A program made the translations under genes and the position numbers. 64,000 nt of DNA from Octopus sinensis (Eukaryota). Under the pieces are notes generated by a model. The model searched no databases, was not told where the DNA came from, and saw only the letters and a program-made list of their open reading frames with translations. Below, in pieces: positions 1 through 12,740 of this stretch. Within the stretch, counting starts at the first letter, position 1. Every line of letters starts with the position of its first letter. Location of the stretch: NCBI RefSeq assembly GCF_006345805.1, contig NC_043012.1:15438001-15502000 (forward strand), given 5' to 3'.

Positions 1-224
1 AGGTGGAGTATGATAGCCTACCTCCAGTCGTAGACGATGAAGAATTAACACCATATATAAACTGGTGAAAAAAATGTAAGTAAATTTTAATATTATATTT
101 AAAAAAACAAAGAGAAAAATGTTATAACATTAAACACAGTCAAAGGTAACCACCCGAAAGTGGGGCTCGAGTAGCCATTGCATCCTCATTATATTATAAT
201 TCCATTTTCATTCATCCATCTATG

Positions 225-310
225 TTTCATGTCCCCGCTTTGTATTTCTATTGTCTGTCCTTGTGCTGTCCCCTCTGTGTAGGGCCCTGGTGGTCAATAA
301 AGAAAGAGAG
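225..310 (+). mobile_element. 3' end of a Tx1-type LINE (fragment)
   Basis: gtcccctctgtgtagggccctggtggtcaataaagaaag resembles the tail at 10858-10897, which follows a Tx1-like ORF2 C-terminus. Confidence 0.4.
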
Positions 311-626
311 TGGCCGTTAATCCCGGGAATCCGTAAGGTGTCATTTCGGTAGTTTTGTCGGAATATCGTTTGTTGGTTTGTGTAGAGTTTGTTGGATTGT
401 TACGTTGTTGTTACCCTACTTGATTATATATTTTATTGTTACTACACGGTTATAGTGTAAACAAGCATCGTCATAAATAGTGGCGATACGTTACAATAAT
501 TACAATAATTACCATAAATAAAAAGAAGTAAAAACTCTATAAACGCCATATACCTACCCATTTTTATTTGACCAATAGATTAACACATTACATTATTGCA
601 TTTCTAATAGTTTCATTTCATTGCAG

Positions 627-764
627 GATGGATTTGTGAAACATTTAAACACTGGATTGTGTCTTGATTTAGAGAAAAATTTTGTCGCTATTCTTCAACC
701 TTGTAACAGCAAGCAAGCTACACAGCAATGGAGTTTCATACAGATCCCCATAGATCGTAAATAA
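627..764 (+). CDS. Terminal coding exon, ricin-B lectin C-terminus, probably a polypeptide N-acetylgalactosaminyltransferase (GALNT family); upstream exons lie outside the window
   Basis: The acceptor tttcatttcattgcag is followed by DGFVKHLNTGLCLDLEKNFVAILQPCNSKQATQQWSFIQIPIDRK*. The G-x-CLD...C...QxW pattern is a ricin-B gamma subdomain, typical of the end of GALNTs. The GALNT call is inferred from this domain only. Confidence 0.75.
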   Translation, partial: DGFVKHLNTGLCLDLEKNFVAILQPCNSKQATQQWSFIQIPIDRK

Positions 765-811
765 TCTTTTAAATTTATAAAACAAATACGTATTTAGTTA
801 TTATATATATA

Positions 812-1030
812 CAGTGGCGGCCAAAATGTTCAGAACGGCATTGTTTTCGTCAGAAAAGTAGATATAATTTTTTATCAAAGTTGTTTTATATTCTATAAGT
901 TTCACAGACAATAAATACGATATTATTTGTTATTGCCTGAGATTTTGGTGTAATTTGAGAGGATAATACAAAAGTTATGGATGATTTAGTGATTTACTGC
1001 AAAACCCATGGCGGCCAAAATGAATGTTTA
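812..1030. mobile_element. Tc1-like transposon end (IR/DR type), solo
   Basis: TA|CAGTGGCGGCCAAAATG follows a TA run, and tggcggccaaaatg recurs at ~1009-1022. Confidence 0.5.
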
Positions 1031-1120
1031 TTTCACATGGATACCTGCTACCATTTTATATATTTTACATATTTCATGATTAATCATTTAAGGTTTTCCT
1101 CACGTTATATTAGACAATAA

Positions 1121-1354
1121 TAAAGCGGCGAGCTGGCAGAAACGTTAGCACGTCGGGCGAAATGCTTAGCAGTATTTCGTCTGCCGTTACGTTCTGAGTT
1201 CAAATTCCGCCGAGGTCGACTTTGCCTTTCATCCTTTCGGGGTCGATTAAATAAGTACCAGTTACGCACTGGGGTCGATATAATCGACTTAATCCGTTTG
1301 TCTGTCCTTGTTTGTCCTCTCTGTGTTTAGCCCCTTGTGGGTAGTAAAGAAATA
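1121..1354 (+). mobile_element. tRNA-derived SINE with Meta-like core
   Basis: A-box-like gagctggcagaa, B-box gagttcaaattcc, core gtcgactttgcctttcatcctttcggggtcg; 17-bp TSD gttatattagacaataa at 1104-1120 and 1355-1371; further copy at ~62015-62410. Confidence 0.85.
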
Positions 1355-1739
1355 GTTATATTAGACAATAAAGTTGGCCTTAGCCTTTGAGTCTGCAATG
1401 TTAAGTAGATAAAAGATAAAACTTCCTGAACTAGGAATCAATATTTTGCTGTAAGGTGAATAGTCTTGTAGAAATACATGTCCTGCCTGGAGATTAAAGT
1501 ACATATACCGCAGTATCCTGTCTACGCTGTGAAATTACTTTTAGCGTGCCGTCTACCTTTTCTTACCGTTTTACACTTTAGCGTGCCATCTACCTCCACT
1601 ATAAGAACTTTATACTACAGGATGATAAGAACAAATTGAATAATGTCAAATTATTCTTTCCTGCTGAGGGTTACAGTCCAAATCAATGACTGATACAAAG
1701 TCGCAGCCAGACATAGAGTGGTGTGGTGGTGAAACAATA

Positions 1740-2150
1740 GGGTTAACAGAGCCTTAAATGCGGCAGACTGCCTTGGAAAGACTTGTAGAATAAGGGCAGC
1801 AGAGAAGCTAGAAGGGAAATTATACATGTTTAATTAGCAAGGAAAAAAAGCAGAAAAGAGGTTAGCCAATGTTTTACAGAGTGTGGTATAACAGGTTGCA
1901 AGACAACATGTTTAATTAGCAAAGAAAAAAGCAGAAAAGAGGTTAGCTAATATTTTACAGCGTGTGGTAGACCAGGTTGCAAGATAACATATCACAAACT
2001 GTAGAGATGTTGTGGGTGAGAAGTGTATTGAGAAGGTTAATAGCACCCTTGCACTTGGTGATTCTAATAAAAAGGAAAAGGTGCATGGAAGAGCTACAAT
2101 GAAATGTTGTTAAATGTGGAGAATGCCTGGAAGAAAAGGAATCTTACCAA
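1740..2150 (+). pseudogene. Degenerate RTE-type LINE ORF fragment with an internal ~82-bp tandem duplication
   Basis: Translates in pieces to DVVGEKCI...AWKSYNEMLLNVENAW; acatgtttaattagc...ggttgcaaga is repeated at ~1824 and ~1906. Confidence 0.5.
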
Positions 2151-2435
2151 CGCAAACTCATCAAACCTTTGAAGACTGTGCTTCAGAATGACGCAGATTA
2201 ATAATTGAAACGGATAAAAGATCAAAGATCAGAGATAAAACAATAAGTGGTGATAACAAATGTGAGAAAAGAAGATATTTAAGCGAAGTGAACCAGTTCA
2301 ACAGTTTGTGTGAGACATTGTGTCTGCAATCATCGCTAAGTAGATTCTAGCAGCTACTTAGCATAAGCTGTGTCATGACTATTGACGTCGTCATCACCGT
2401 GGTGACATCCTGTAAACGTGGGAAATTAGTTCCTT

Positions 2436-2818
2436 GGAGTGGCTGTGTGGTAAGTAGTTTGCTTACCAACCACATGGTTCCGGGTTCAATCCCACTGCGT
2501 GGCATCATAGCCTCGGGCCGACCAAAGCCTTGTGAGTGGATTTGGTAGACGGAAACTGAAAGAAGCCCTTCGTATATATGTATATATATATATGTATGTG
2601 TTTATATATGTTTGTGTGTCTGTGTTTGTCCCCCCAACATCGCTTGAGAACCGATGGGGGTGTGTTTAAGTCCCCGTAACGTAGCGGTTCGGCAAAAGAG
2701 ACCGATAGAATAAGTACTAGGCTTCCAAAGAATAAGTCCTGGGGTCGATTTGCTCGACTAAAGGCGGTGCTCCAGCATGGTCACAGTCAAATGACTGGAA
2801 CAAGTATAAGAGAATAAA
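2436..2818 (+). mobile_element. tRNA-derived SINE (abundant family with CR1-like tail)
   Basis: Head ggagtggctgtgtggtaag...gggttcaatccc; tail ggcggtgctccagcatgg...gaacaagt; copies at 20185-20580(-), 31380-31620(-) and 32728-33130(+). Confidence 0.85.
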
Positions 2819-3036
2819 AGCGAATTAAAGACAGGATCCTATTTCTGGTATTGTTAATTTTACATGTGAAAACGATTCCTAGACTGTGAGTTGGTGTTTG
2901 AAACTCTACCAAATATTCCTCCCGTATATGTTTTGTTGTATCCGGGTGGGTCATTATGCCAATAATGACCCTCCCGAGATACAACAAAATATGCTTCAAC
3001 AAGTGAGTTCACATGAAGAATTTTGCAAGCCATATA

Positions 3037-3063
3037 CACGCACGCACACGCGCACACGCACAC

Positions 3064-3129
<66 letters not shown>
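3037..3129. repeat. (CA)n microsatellite
   Basis: Direct reading. Confidence 0.95.
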
Positions 3130-3131
<2 letters not shown>

Positions 3132-3234
3132 ATCGCCTGACATCCCAAACCTTTGTCAGCTTTTTCGTTAGGCTCAGTTCTAAAATCAGCCTTTACAACT
3201 TCGACGGATATTTGTCCTCATCTTCTTTGTTGTT

Positions 3235-3280
3235 AACACAATATTTCGGCTGATATACCTTCCAGCCTTCATCAGGTGTC
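3235..3280 (-). ncRNA. Minimal type-I hammerhead ribozyme motif
   Basis: Minus strand: gacac CTGATGA aggctg...cagcc GAAA tat t gtgtt (stem I gacac/gtgtt, stem II ggctg/cagcc). Confidence 0.7.
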
Positions 3281-3456
3281 TTGGGGGAAATTTCGAACCT
3301 GGGTTCTCATTCCTAAGGTATTTTTCGACGTTATTATTACTATTGTTGTTGTTGTTGTTGTTGTTGTTGCTGTTGTTGTTCAGGTCACTGCTTGGAATCG
3401 AACTCGGAATCTTGGGGTTAGTAGCCACTACGCCATATACCGACGGGCAAGCCTAC

Positions 3457-3528
3457 GGGCATATGGCGTAGTGGTCAAGAGCGCTGGCTACTAACCCAAG
3501 ATTCCGAGTTCGATTACAAGCATTGACC
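3457..3528 (+). promoter_or_regulatory. tRNA-like Pol III internal promoter (A and B boxes) heading the cassette
   Basis: A box TGGCGTAGTGG (~3464), B box GAGTTCGATT (3506); acceptor stem is poor, so not a functional tRNA. Confidence 0.65.
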
Positions 3529-3532
3529 TGAA

Positions 3533-3653
<121 letters not shown>

Positions 3654-3720
3654 AATAATAACAACAATAACATCGAAAAAATACCTTAGAAATGAGAACC
3701 CAGGTTCGAAATTTCCCCAA

Positions 3721-3766
3721 GACATCTGAAGAAGGCTGCAGGGTATATCAGCCGAAACGTTGTGTT
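3721..3766 (+). ncRNA. Minimal type-I hammerhead ribozyme motif
   Basis: gacat CTGAAGA aggctg...cagcc GAAA cgt t gtgtt; palindromic ACGT stem III; predicted cut after GUU (3761). Confidence 0.75.
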
Positions 3767-4449
3767 AACAACAAACAAGATGAGGACAAATATCCGTCTA
3801 ATGTAAATAATGTAAATAATGTACATAATTCCTCATCTCTTAAATATAGAACTTTACAATTTCGCCACCTGTCTTCCTGGGTTTCCCTCATCCCCAAGTT
3901 GAAAAAAACATTCACTGATCAGCACTTCTTTATAGTGCTTGTCTCGTCCTCACACATCACATGTCCATAACAGCGCAGTGTTCTTTCTTGAACATTGCAT
4001 CTGATTCCTCTTATGTCTATTCCTCTTTTTCTCTTAGCACATTTGTACGTCTTTCATGCATATCAATGGAGTATATCAATGGAGCATGTTCATTTAGTTT
4101 ACCCTCAATTTTCTTACGTCTTCTGCGTTCAAGGCACAGGTATCTCTACCATGCAGCATTACAGTAATAAAACAGCAACATGTAGTTTGCCCTTCACTGT
4201 ATGGGAAAAGACTTTTGTTGGCAACACTGCTTGCAGCTCCCAGAGCTTTCTCCGACTCGTTCTCACCCTCGCTAATAAATCGGAGCAACCAACTCCCTTG
4301 CTAATTACATCTCCTAGATAACAGAAGCTATCAACTAGTGAATCACTTGCACTATTTCCAGTGTGCTTCTACGTACAGCTCCAATGCATCTTTTATGTAT
4401 AGAACTTACACTCTCTGGTAATCTACCTGCGATTCTGCTACACGTCTTG

Positions 4450-5620
4450 TATCAAGCTGAGTAAAAAATAAGCAACGTTTTAAAACACGAAATTCATCAC
4501 AATATATTTCAACAATGTGGAAATTTTATTCATCACAGTAAGTACCATTACAATCAACACATTTTTTGCTAATGAGTTACAAGTTTATTTATTCTGGTAA
4601 CATGAAGCTAATGGACTCTTTCGGCATCGGTTTGACTTTTTAAACTCATTCTCTCGCAGGAAACCATCAAAGTGCTTGAAAAACTGGTAGTAGATAGGAG
4701 AATGGGCTGGAGAATATGCTGGGTGGGGAAGGGCTTCATAGCCAAATTCCCTCAACTTCTGGAGTGTCATTAGTGAAACGTGTGGTTAAGCATTGTCATG
4801 AAGAATGATCGACCCTCTTCTGTTGACCCTTATGGGACGGAGGAGCAGCAATTTTTCGTTCATTTTGGCAATTTCATGGCAATATGTTTTTGCAGTAATG
4901 GTTTTTCCAGGTTTTAAGAAGTTATAGCGGATGAGTCCAGTAGTACACCACCAAACAGTCACCATAACCTTTTTTTGAAGAGCTCGGGTTTAGGGAAGGT
5001 TTTCAGTGCTTCATTTTGGTACAACCATTGCGAAAAAAGTTTTTTTTTTATTATTGTACAGAATCCACTTTTCATCGCAAGTTACAATACGGTCGAGAAA
5101 TGGATCGGTCTGGTTACGGAGAAGAAGCGACGAGCAAATTTCATACCTGCGCATTTTCTTATTTTCATTCAAATTGTGTGGCACCCATTTGTCATGTTTT
5201 TTAAAATTTTCCAATTGCATGCAAATGGTTGCAGGCAGTTTTCTGGGTATGCAAATGGTTGCAGGCAGTTTTCTGACTAACTGGAGGCCCTTTTGCCAGT
5301 TCTCGAGTGGTTTTACATGGATCTTTCTCAATGACGGTCTTTAATTGACTGTCATCGATCACAGATGGGTGTCCACTACACTCACGATCTTCAAGGTTCA
5401 GGTCTCCACTGCGAAATAATTTAAACCATTTTCGAGCTGACCACTCACTGGTCGTTTCCTCATCAAACGTTTCGTTGATATCGCGAGCAGTTTCAACTGC
5501 TTTTCGTCCTTTTTTGAAGTTGAATAGCAAAATTGCTCAAATATCGCACTTTGACAGTTCTATTTCAGGTGATTGCAACAACGGTGAAAAAGAAATATCG
5601 TTGTGAATTTATTGATGCAT
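4450..5620 (-). mobile_element. Degenerate mariner transposon (frameshifted transposase)
   Basis: ORF pieces contain an HTH region, WVPHNL, DRIVTCDEKWILY and LPHPAYSP. Confidence 0.9.
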
Positions 5621-6479
5621 TTGGGCAGGTCTATTTCTGTTTTATCAGACAATTACAAAAAACCTGTTTTTTTTTGTTTTTGCTGGAATATGCTTGTTGT
5701 TGTTGCTGTTGTTGTTGTTGTTCTTCTTCTTCTTATCATTATTAAGGCAAGAGAATATGATTTGAGGAAGTTTAACGAAGTAGAGGCTCCCTTATTGACT
5801 CGTGTTGTTCGTAAAGAAGGTGCTGACGGAGATCGTCGCGATGACACTGATGATGATGTGTGATGCTGATACCGGTGCCGATAGTTATGGCAAGACGGTG
5901 GTGCTTGTGGTGAGAGGGAGTCTATGTTAATGTCTGATGTTTTGCGGTAACAGTATTTGCTGTAATGGTGAATGGGAGGTATTTGCGTAAGTCATACAAT
6001 TATTTCCAATGTTTGTCACGAATACACACTCTCATTGTCCATAAACAAACAGTGTTGGTGTTGAATACCAAAATTCAATGTTTAAAAGTGAGCGTTGATC
6101 CTTCTGTATATATGTATTACGCGTGTACTTATTTATGTACGTTTGTATGTGTGTCTATGTATAAGTCTTTCTCTGTACGTGTATACATCTGCCTCTCAGC
6201 CGCTTTGTGAGTACAAATGCTTGTATTTATGTATATATGCTTGTATATGTGTGTATGCATTCGTGCATGTATGTTTCCTGGTATTGGTCATAGTTTTGCA
6301 CTCAAGTGACTGAAAGTTTGTAGAAGAGGACTTCTTTTTCAAGAATCTCATGAGCAGCGTGTTTTTTTCTTCTGAAATTTCATCTTAGTTCTTGACTGAA
6401 AAATCTAAAACGATTTGGCACGGAGAAAAACTGCTGAAAAGAAAAGTAATTCATTTAGAATAATTAGAAATTATTACAA

Positions 6480-6626
<147 letters not shown>

Positions 6627-6807
6627 AGTAGTAGAATGAATTATCTTGTTATGGATAATTCGGTTAACCGATACCTGGGTAGCAAATTCACATCAGAGAA
6701 GACATGTTTGAAGTTACGTGCTTTCGTGTGGAAATTTCTATGTTTTTTTTAATAATATAAATATATGAGAGAATGGAGTTGAACGACGAATTAACAAAAT
6801 TCCTTTA

Positions 6808-6890
6808 TTTTCGACATATGTTTCGAAGGCTGCATATTCCTAATTGCGAAGGAATAAGGAGTATATTATGCCGCTTTCTCATCAGGAAAA
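6808..6890 (-). ncRNA. Type-I hammerhead ribozyme motif in a PLE-like remnant (~6630-7520)
   Basis: Minus strand: ttttc CTGATGA gaaagcggcata...tatgcagccttc GAAA catat GTC gaaaa; stem I ttttc/gaaaa; palindromic ACATATGT; GUC cleavage triplet. Confidence 0.8.
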
Positions 6891-7530
6891 GCAAGGAACT
6901 TATGTCAACATCAAGATGCACAAAAAACTTTTAGATGACTGCTCACACGGAGCCCATAGCGATAATGAGTGTCTCTTTAAAAAATTCCTTAATAAGAAGT
7001 GACGTCAAAATGGTTGGATGTAGAAAATTCTTGAAGGTTCTAAAGGTTCAAGGGTTCAAACGGAGTAGGAGAAGAGAGGCATAAGAATAGGCGGGCTTTT
7101 TCGAATTGCATTTCTGTAGCAACGTGCTTATTCAGAATAAAAATTCAGTATTGAATATACTCCGGTGAAATTTATAATTTAAAGATAGAATAAAATCTTC
7201 ATAAGAAATTATCAAGTAGTAAAAAGCCCGCCATTTACATAGATGTATAAGGGGTGAACAGTTCTATATGCTACGTTGGATACGATGGTTGTTCGCCTGG
7301 TATGTTGATTTTGTTCATTCGTTATAAATCTTGAATCATGCTGGCACCGATGAGTAAAGGACGCAACCACTGCGTTGATTACGAAATCACTGGTGATCTG
7401 CAGCTAAATTCTGTTTTTAAATGACTTGCTTCGAGACTTGCATTCGGTACAATATGTTTATTTTGGTAGTTTTGACTTTAAGAGTCCCTCCTAGCGTGCG
7501 GCATTTATGTGTAATAATGCCCTCTATATA

Positions 7531-7568
<38 letters not shown>

Positions 7569-7594
7569 CATTCATACATACATACATATATATA

Positions 7595-8226
7595 TCATCA
7601 TCTTCATCATCATCATCATTTAACGTCCGCTTTCCATGCTAGCATGGGTTGGACGGTTCAACTGGGGTCTGGGGAGCCCGAAAGCTGCACCAGTCCAGTC
7701 AGATCTGGCAGTGTTTCTACAGCTGGATGCCCTTCCTAACGCCAACCACTCCGAGAGTGTAGTGGGTGATTTTATGTGCCACCGACACAGGTGCCAGACG
7801 AGGCTGGCAAACGGCCACGCTCGGATGGTGTTTTTTATGTGCCACCGACACAGGTGCCAGACGAGGCTGGCAGACGGCCACGCTCGGATGGTGTTTTTAT
7901 GTGCCACCGACACAGGTGCCAGATGAGGCTGGCAAACGGCCACGATCGGATGGTGCTTGTTACGTGCCCACAGCACGGAGGCCAGTCGATGCGGTACTGG
8001 CTATGGCCACGTTCGGATGGTTTTCTTGTGTGCCACGTGCCACCGGCACTGGTACCCCAAAGATACAAATTCCATTGATGTTCATCTATTTTGATTTGTT
8101 TTGATTTGATTTTCACTTGCCTCAACAGGTCTTCACAAGTGTCACAAGAAGGAAGGTATGCACAGGTGGACTGACTACGTCCCAGGTAGGGGCCATGGGT
8201 TATGGCCTGACTAGTCTTGCCGGGTC

Positions 8227-8228
<2 letters not shown>
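7595..8228 (-). mobile_element. RTE LINE 3'-UTR-derived element with (GAT)n tail and internal ~60-bp repeats
   Basis: Same family as 50949-52043, where it is attached to an RTE ORF C-terminus. Confidence 0.85.
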
Positions 8229-8263
<35 letters not shown>

Positions 8264-8528
8264 CTTATTATATTTATCATTCTTTATACTTTTTTAAAAA
8301 ATAAAATTTAAATTTTATATATATTATATTAATTATATTTATATTATTTGTTATTTATGTATTGGTTTATGTCTATCACTGTTTGAGTTGCCTAATAGTG
8401 GTTTTATCTCTAATTCATATTTTATATATATATATATATATATGTAGGGAATATATGAAAACAAAAGTCAAGAATCCTGCACATGGAAAGTTCATAATAA
8501 TTGCGATACAAATGAGCACAGTCAATGG

Positions 8529-8695
8529 CAGGGCCGACTCAAGCTACCGGCAACTCGGCCAGTTTCCCGGGGTGTCATGTGCTTCTTAGTCTACAATTTT
8601 AGTTTTTCTCCTCGTGAAAGTTTTAAAAAATTATGCTTGTAAGGGCGTCGAAGTTCAGCTTGCCCGGGGTGCCAGCAACCCTAGGGCCGGTTCTG
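8529..8695. mobile_element. hAT-type MITE
   Basis: Ends cagggccg/cggttctg; 8-bp TSD gtcaatgg (8521) and gtcaatga (8696). Confidence 0.65.
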
Positions 8696-9029
8696 GTCAA
8701 TGACAGGCAGAAAAGAAGTTCATAGTACCGACAAGACACAGCGTGGTAGTTATATCGATATTGTTGCAGACAAAATCCTTGGAAGTTATAGAAACAAAGA
8801 ATGCCCTTCTGAAGACAGAACTGGTTTCAACAAAATTTCGGCTCAATCAACATGTAGAATACTGCTCTAATTTCGCAAGCATTCTAAAGACGGTTGTATA
8901 GGAATGCCAGCACATCATATAAGTGCACAATAAATAGATAAACAAATGTAAAATTTCAGAATTCTACTCTTGCTTTCTTCTCGGAAAACAAGCTCCCTCA
9001 AAAGTATACTATATTAATTTATATAATTA

Positions 9030-9450
9030 ATACGAAAGACTATCAAGACCAAATGACCAGGAAAACTGACGAAAAGGGTTTTGTTTCATGAGGACAATGC
9101 TCCGGCAAGTTCTTGGTTTCAATGGCTGTTGTGCATGACTGTGGTTTTGAACTGGTTGCTCGCCGTCCTTATTCTCTTGGTTTGGTCCCATCTGACTCTC
9201 ATTGGTTCCCCAATATGAAAAACAAACAAACAAACAAACAAAAAACACTTGGCTGGGAAGCAGTATTGCAGTGATGTCGACGTCGTATCTGCTTGTTGAT
9301 GACTTTTTTGACTAACAAAATGGAGGTTTCTTCGCCAATGGGATCCAAGCACTGCAACACCAATGGAAGAAGTTTGTGGACTGTAAGAGGACTATGCTGA
9401 AAAATAAACCTCATTTTGTCACATTCCAGGGAGCTTTCCATCCGACCTTC
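9030..9450 (+). mobile_element. Mariner 3' remnant
   Basis: GVLFHEDNAP-like segment followed by a degenerate transposase C-terminus. Confidence 0.6.
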
Positions 9451-9624
9451 GTACTTGAATGGAGAGAAGGCGATAAGCAATGTTTTTAGTTTTTTTTTCT
9501 GTTAGAAACTAAAGTGAAGAAATTTCAGTAAAATGTCACATATACTACGACCTTCAAAACAGGTCCTCTTATGCAAACCTCTCGTTACCTAGATGTTAAA
9601 CTGTGGACTACAGCTAAGAACAAA

Positions 9625-9794
9625 CATACATACATATATAGACGCATGCACGCACACACACACATACATACATACATGCATACATACATACATACATACA
9701 TACATACACACACACATGCATGCATGCATACATACACACACACATACATACATACATACATACATGCATACATACATACATACATACATACATA
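9625..9794. repeat. (CATA)n/(CA)n compound microsatellite
   Basis: Direct reading. Confidence 0.9.
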
Positions 9795-10464
9795 GCACAT
9801 TCGGAAACACAGAGGCAGACCAACATTTACTTTTACGTATTAAGGCTGAGTATTCAAGACGCTGTGGTGGTCGATATATCAACACAACATTTCCGACATT
9901 GTTTATTTATGGACAACGAAAGTTGTATTCGTGACAAACATGGCGAATACTTGTATAGTTTACCCAAACACCTTCCATTCACCACCACTGAAACCACCGT
10001 TATGTCACTTTCTCCATCCCCACAACCATCATCACACCACCAATACCGCCGCCAGCATTTCTAGTCTGCTCGCCACCATCACCGTCACCACCTTTATTAC
10101 CAACATGAACCAATAAGGAATGCTCTTCACAATCACTCAAATTGCTAGAAATAGCAGCAAAAGTATTTCTCATATCACATTGTAACACACATTAAACAGG
10201 CAAAACTTTTGAAAAATGTAGCTCTAGATACACTATTCCTGAAAATAAAGAAGAGCTGACATCTGAAACAGCTTTAATTACAGGTCTAATCAATTCGGTG
10301 CTAATGAACGGTAAATCTACAGCGTTGTTATTATACTTCACAGAGTCAGCATGAAACGTGTTTCTATTGACGTAATCTTGTTGAATCAAAGCTGATGTCA
10401 GACTGGTCTTAATTATTTCCACAAGTAAAGGATGTAACCAGCAATATACACACAAAGGGCTTGT

Positions 10465-10897
10465 AGCGCAGGTGAAGGGAAATGAGATTGGAGAGGCAGG
10501 TTTTGTCTTGTGAAAGTTTAAAAAAAAGGTGGGTGAATGTAGCAAAGATGGTGCGTGCGAGCGACGAAATCACTTTGAGCATGATCCTGTAAATCGCAAA
10601 AAGAGAGAGAGAGAGATAGCACTTTGCTCTCATGTGTTTATTCCCTCCCTGCTTGAAGTTACCGTGTTCTTTTCTGTAGGCTTTTCTTTCCACGGATAAA
10701 CCTAATTTTGTTTCTTACATATAAAAAATTTCTTCTGTGATACACGATCCCTTTTGATCGCCCCCCCACCATCCCTTTTGATCGGAATTTTACTTTTTTC
10801 TCTTTTTCACCCCTTTTTCTTTTTCATTTACGAAAAGAAAAGCTCTACATTTGTATTTGTCCCCTCTGTGTTCATCCCTGTGTGACCAATAAAGAAA
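10465..10897 (+). mobile_element. Tx1-type LINE 3' end (ORF2 C-terminus plus 3' UTR)
   Basis: ...KKRWVNVAKMVRASDEITLSMIL* then a pyrimidine-rich UTR ending in ccaataaagaaa. Confidence 0.55.
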
Positions 10898-11069
10898 GTT
10901 GTCTGTCTGTCTATCTATCTATCTATCTTCCCCGGTGCGGTTGGTAAATGCCAGAAATACCTTTCGAAAAAACTTTATTGGGATCTCCTCGACGACAAAC
11001 CGAAGGAGGAGAAACCAAAAACTTTCGAGCAGTAACTAACTCTGTTCCTTTCATTTGTGTTTTAACTCA

Positions 11070-12740
11070 CTAAGATTATGATCAAGATTGGTTGTGTGAA
11101 TGCCTCTTAATTGACATAAAATCACGCAAGTTAGAAATCATAGCCATAAATGAGACCAAATTCCATAATTCACGGGCCCTAAAGTCCATGTTTGGCGGAC
11201 AGTTTAATATTTATTTTTCTCCCTGTCTGCCGAGAATGGGTGGTAGTGGCACGGCGGTACTTTTTCGCAAGTGTTTGGATCTCGAAGTAAAGACAATATT
11301 CGTAGACCCGGAGGGTAGACTGGTCGTCCTGTATGTCGATGGCAGTAATGGGTGCACTTTTCGACTCGTATCAGTCTACGCACAGCCTTTAACAGGTCGG
11401 CCGGATTTCTTTCGACGTCTAGAAGTATTCCTAGGAACGTTTCGTCCTTTACTTTTAGTGGGTGATTGGAATGCTACCGCGGACACTCATCTAGACTATG
11501 TGGGCAGAGATAGGAATAGACGAGGATGCAAATGCCTCAGAAACCTGCTCAGATGCTTTCAACTGTCTGATAAGTACCGACTTGACCACCCGAATACGCC
11601 AACGTGGACATGGAGCAACCGCATCGGGTCGTTGAGATCGTATCTAGATAGGATACTGTGTAGGACACTAGATAGAGATAGCGTAAGGTGTCCACAATTC
11701 CATATAATCAGCTACACGGATCACAAACTTGTAACGTGTATGCTAGAATTAGATAAGACACATAGGCAGGGTCCCGGGTACTGGAAACTAAACGCGTCTT
11801 TCCCGTCGAGACAGGTTTTTCAGAGACGAGATTAGCACGCTAGTAAAGAGGGCTTTGACGGGAGCCATCATCAAAACCAAATGGTGGTTTGCCCTCAAGA
11901 GAGCAATAAAAGAAGCGATTAGGTATAGCAAAGCACTAGCTATAGATAGAAACAGAGTAGAGGGTGACCAAGTTAAGAAGCTAGAAGAGGCGATAAGAAG
12001 TGACATTGTATCCGACGTTTTGGCGGTGCAGTTGGACCTCGACCAACACTTCAACACCAAACACGAAGGGTGTGTTGTCAGAGCTAGGATGCGTGCTCTA
12101 AGGAACGAAAGTGTTGGAGCCGTGCGGGATGCGGAGGCGCAATAGGGCAACAGACCACCATTCGGTCTCTGGTAGATGAACAGGGGCGCAAATAACTTGG
12201 GCCAAGTAAAATGTGTGAGGCCTTTCAACAGCATTTTGCCCGACTGTTTGGGACACGTGGCGAGCGAAAACGCAGGGTGGACTTCAGTGCCTACCTGCAC
12301 AGCCTGCCACGACTCTCGACAAGAGAGGCAAGGTACAGCGAAGGTGGAATCACAGCGGCAGAAGTGCGGGACGCAATGGCAGAATGCTCGAAGGACAAAT
12401 CGCCGGGTTTGGATGGTCTACTCCATGAGCTATACAGTTGTATGCCAGACTTGTTTGGAGACGTCTTGCAGCAGTGTACTGCAACTGGCAGCAAAACGGG
12501 AGCATTCCCGCTTTTGTGAGCCGAGGAGCCGTAACGCTGCTGAAGAAAGATCCAGACAAGAGGGACGTCATAAATAACTTTACGCCTATCAGTCTGCTCA
12601 ATGCAGATTTCAAAATTTTGGCCAAGGAGTTAGTCAAGAGGTTGGCGCTTGTCATCAAGAAACTGGTCGACAAGGTGCAAACATGCGCCGTGCCGGAGCA
12701 TCCATGACAACCTCCATTTGATGCGCTACATCATAGACAG
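11070..12740 (+). pseudogene. Tx1/L1-clade LINE ORF2 (APE endonuclease and start of RT), frameshifted and 3'-truncated
   Basis: Motifs IAINETK, GDWNA, SYLDRIL, TDHKLV, GPGYWKLN, KSPGLDGL and PISLLNADFKILAK spread over several frames. Confidence 0.9.

Noticed and set aside
3457-3528. Functional tRNA gene
   Set aside because: Poor acceptor stem and embedded in a repeat; all tRNA-like sequences in the window are element heads
5219-5278. 30-bp tandem duplication in the mariner transposase
   Set aside because: Real, but a routine slippage event in a dead copy
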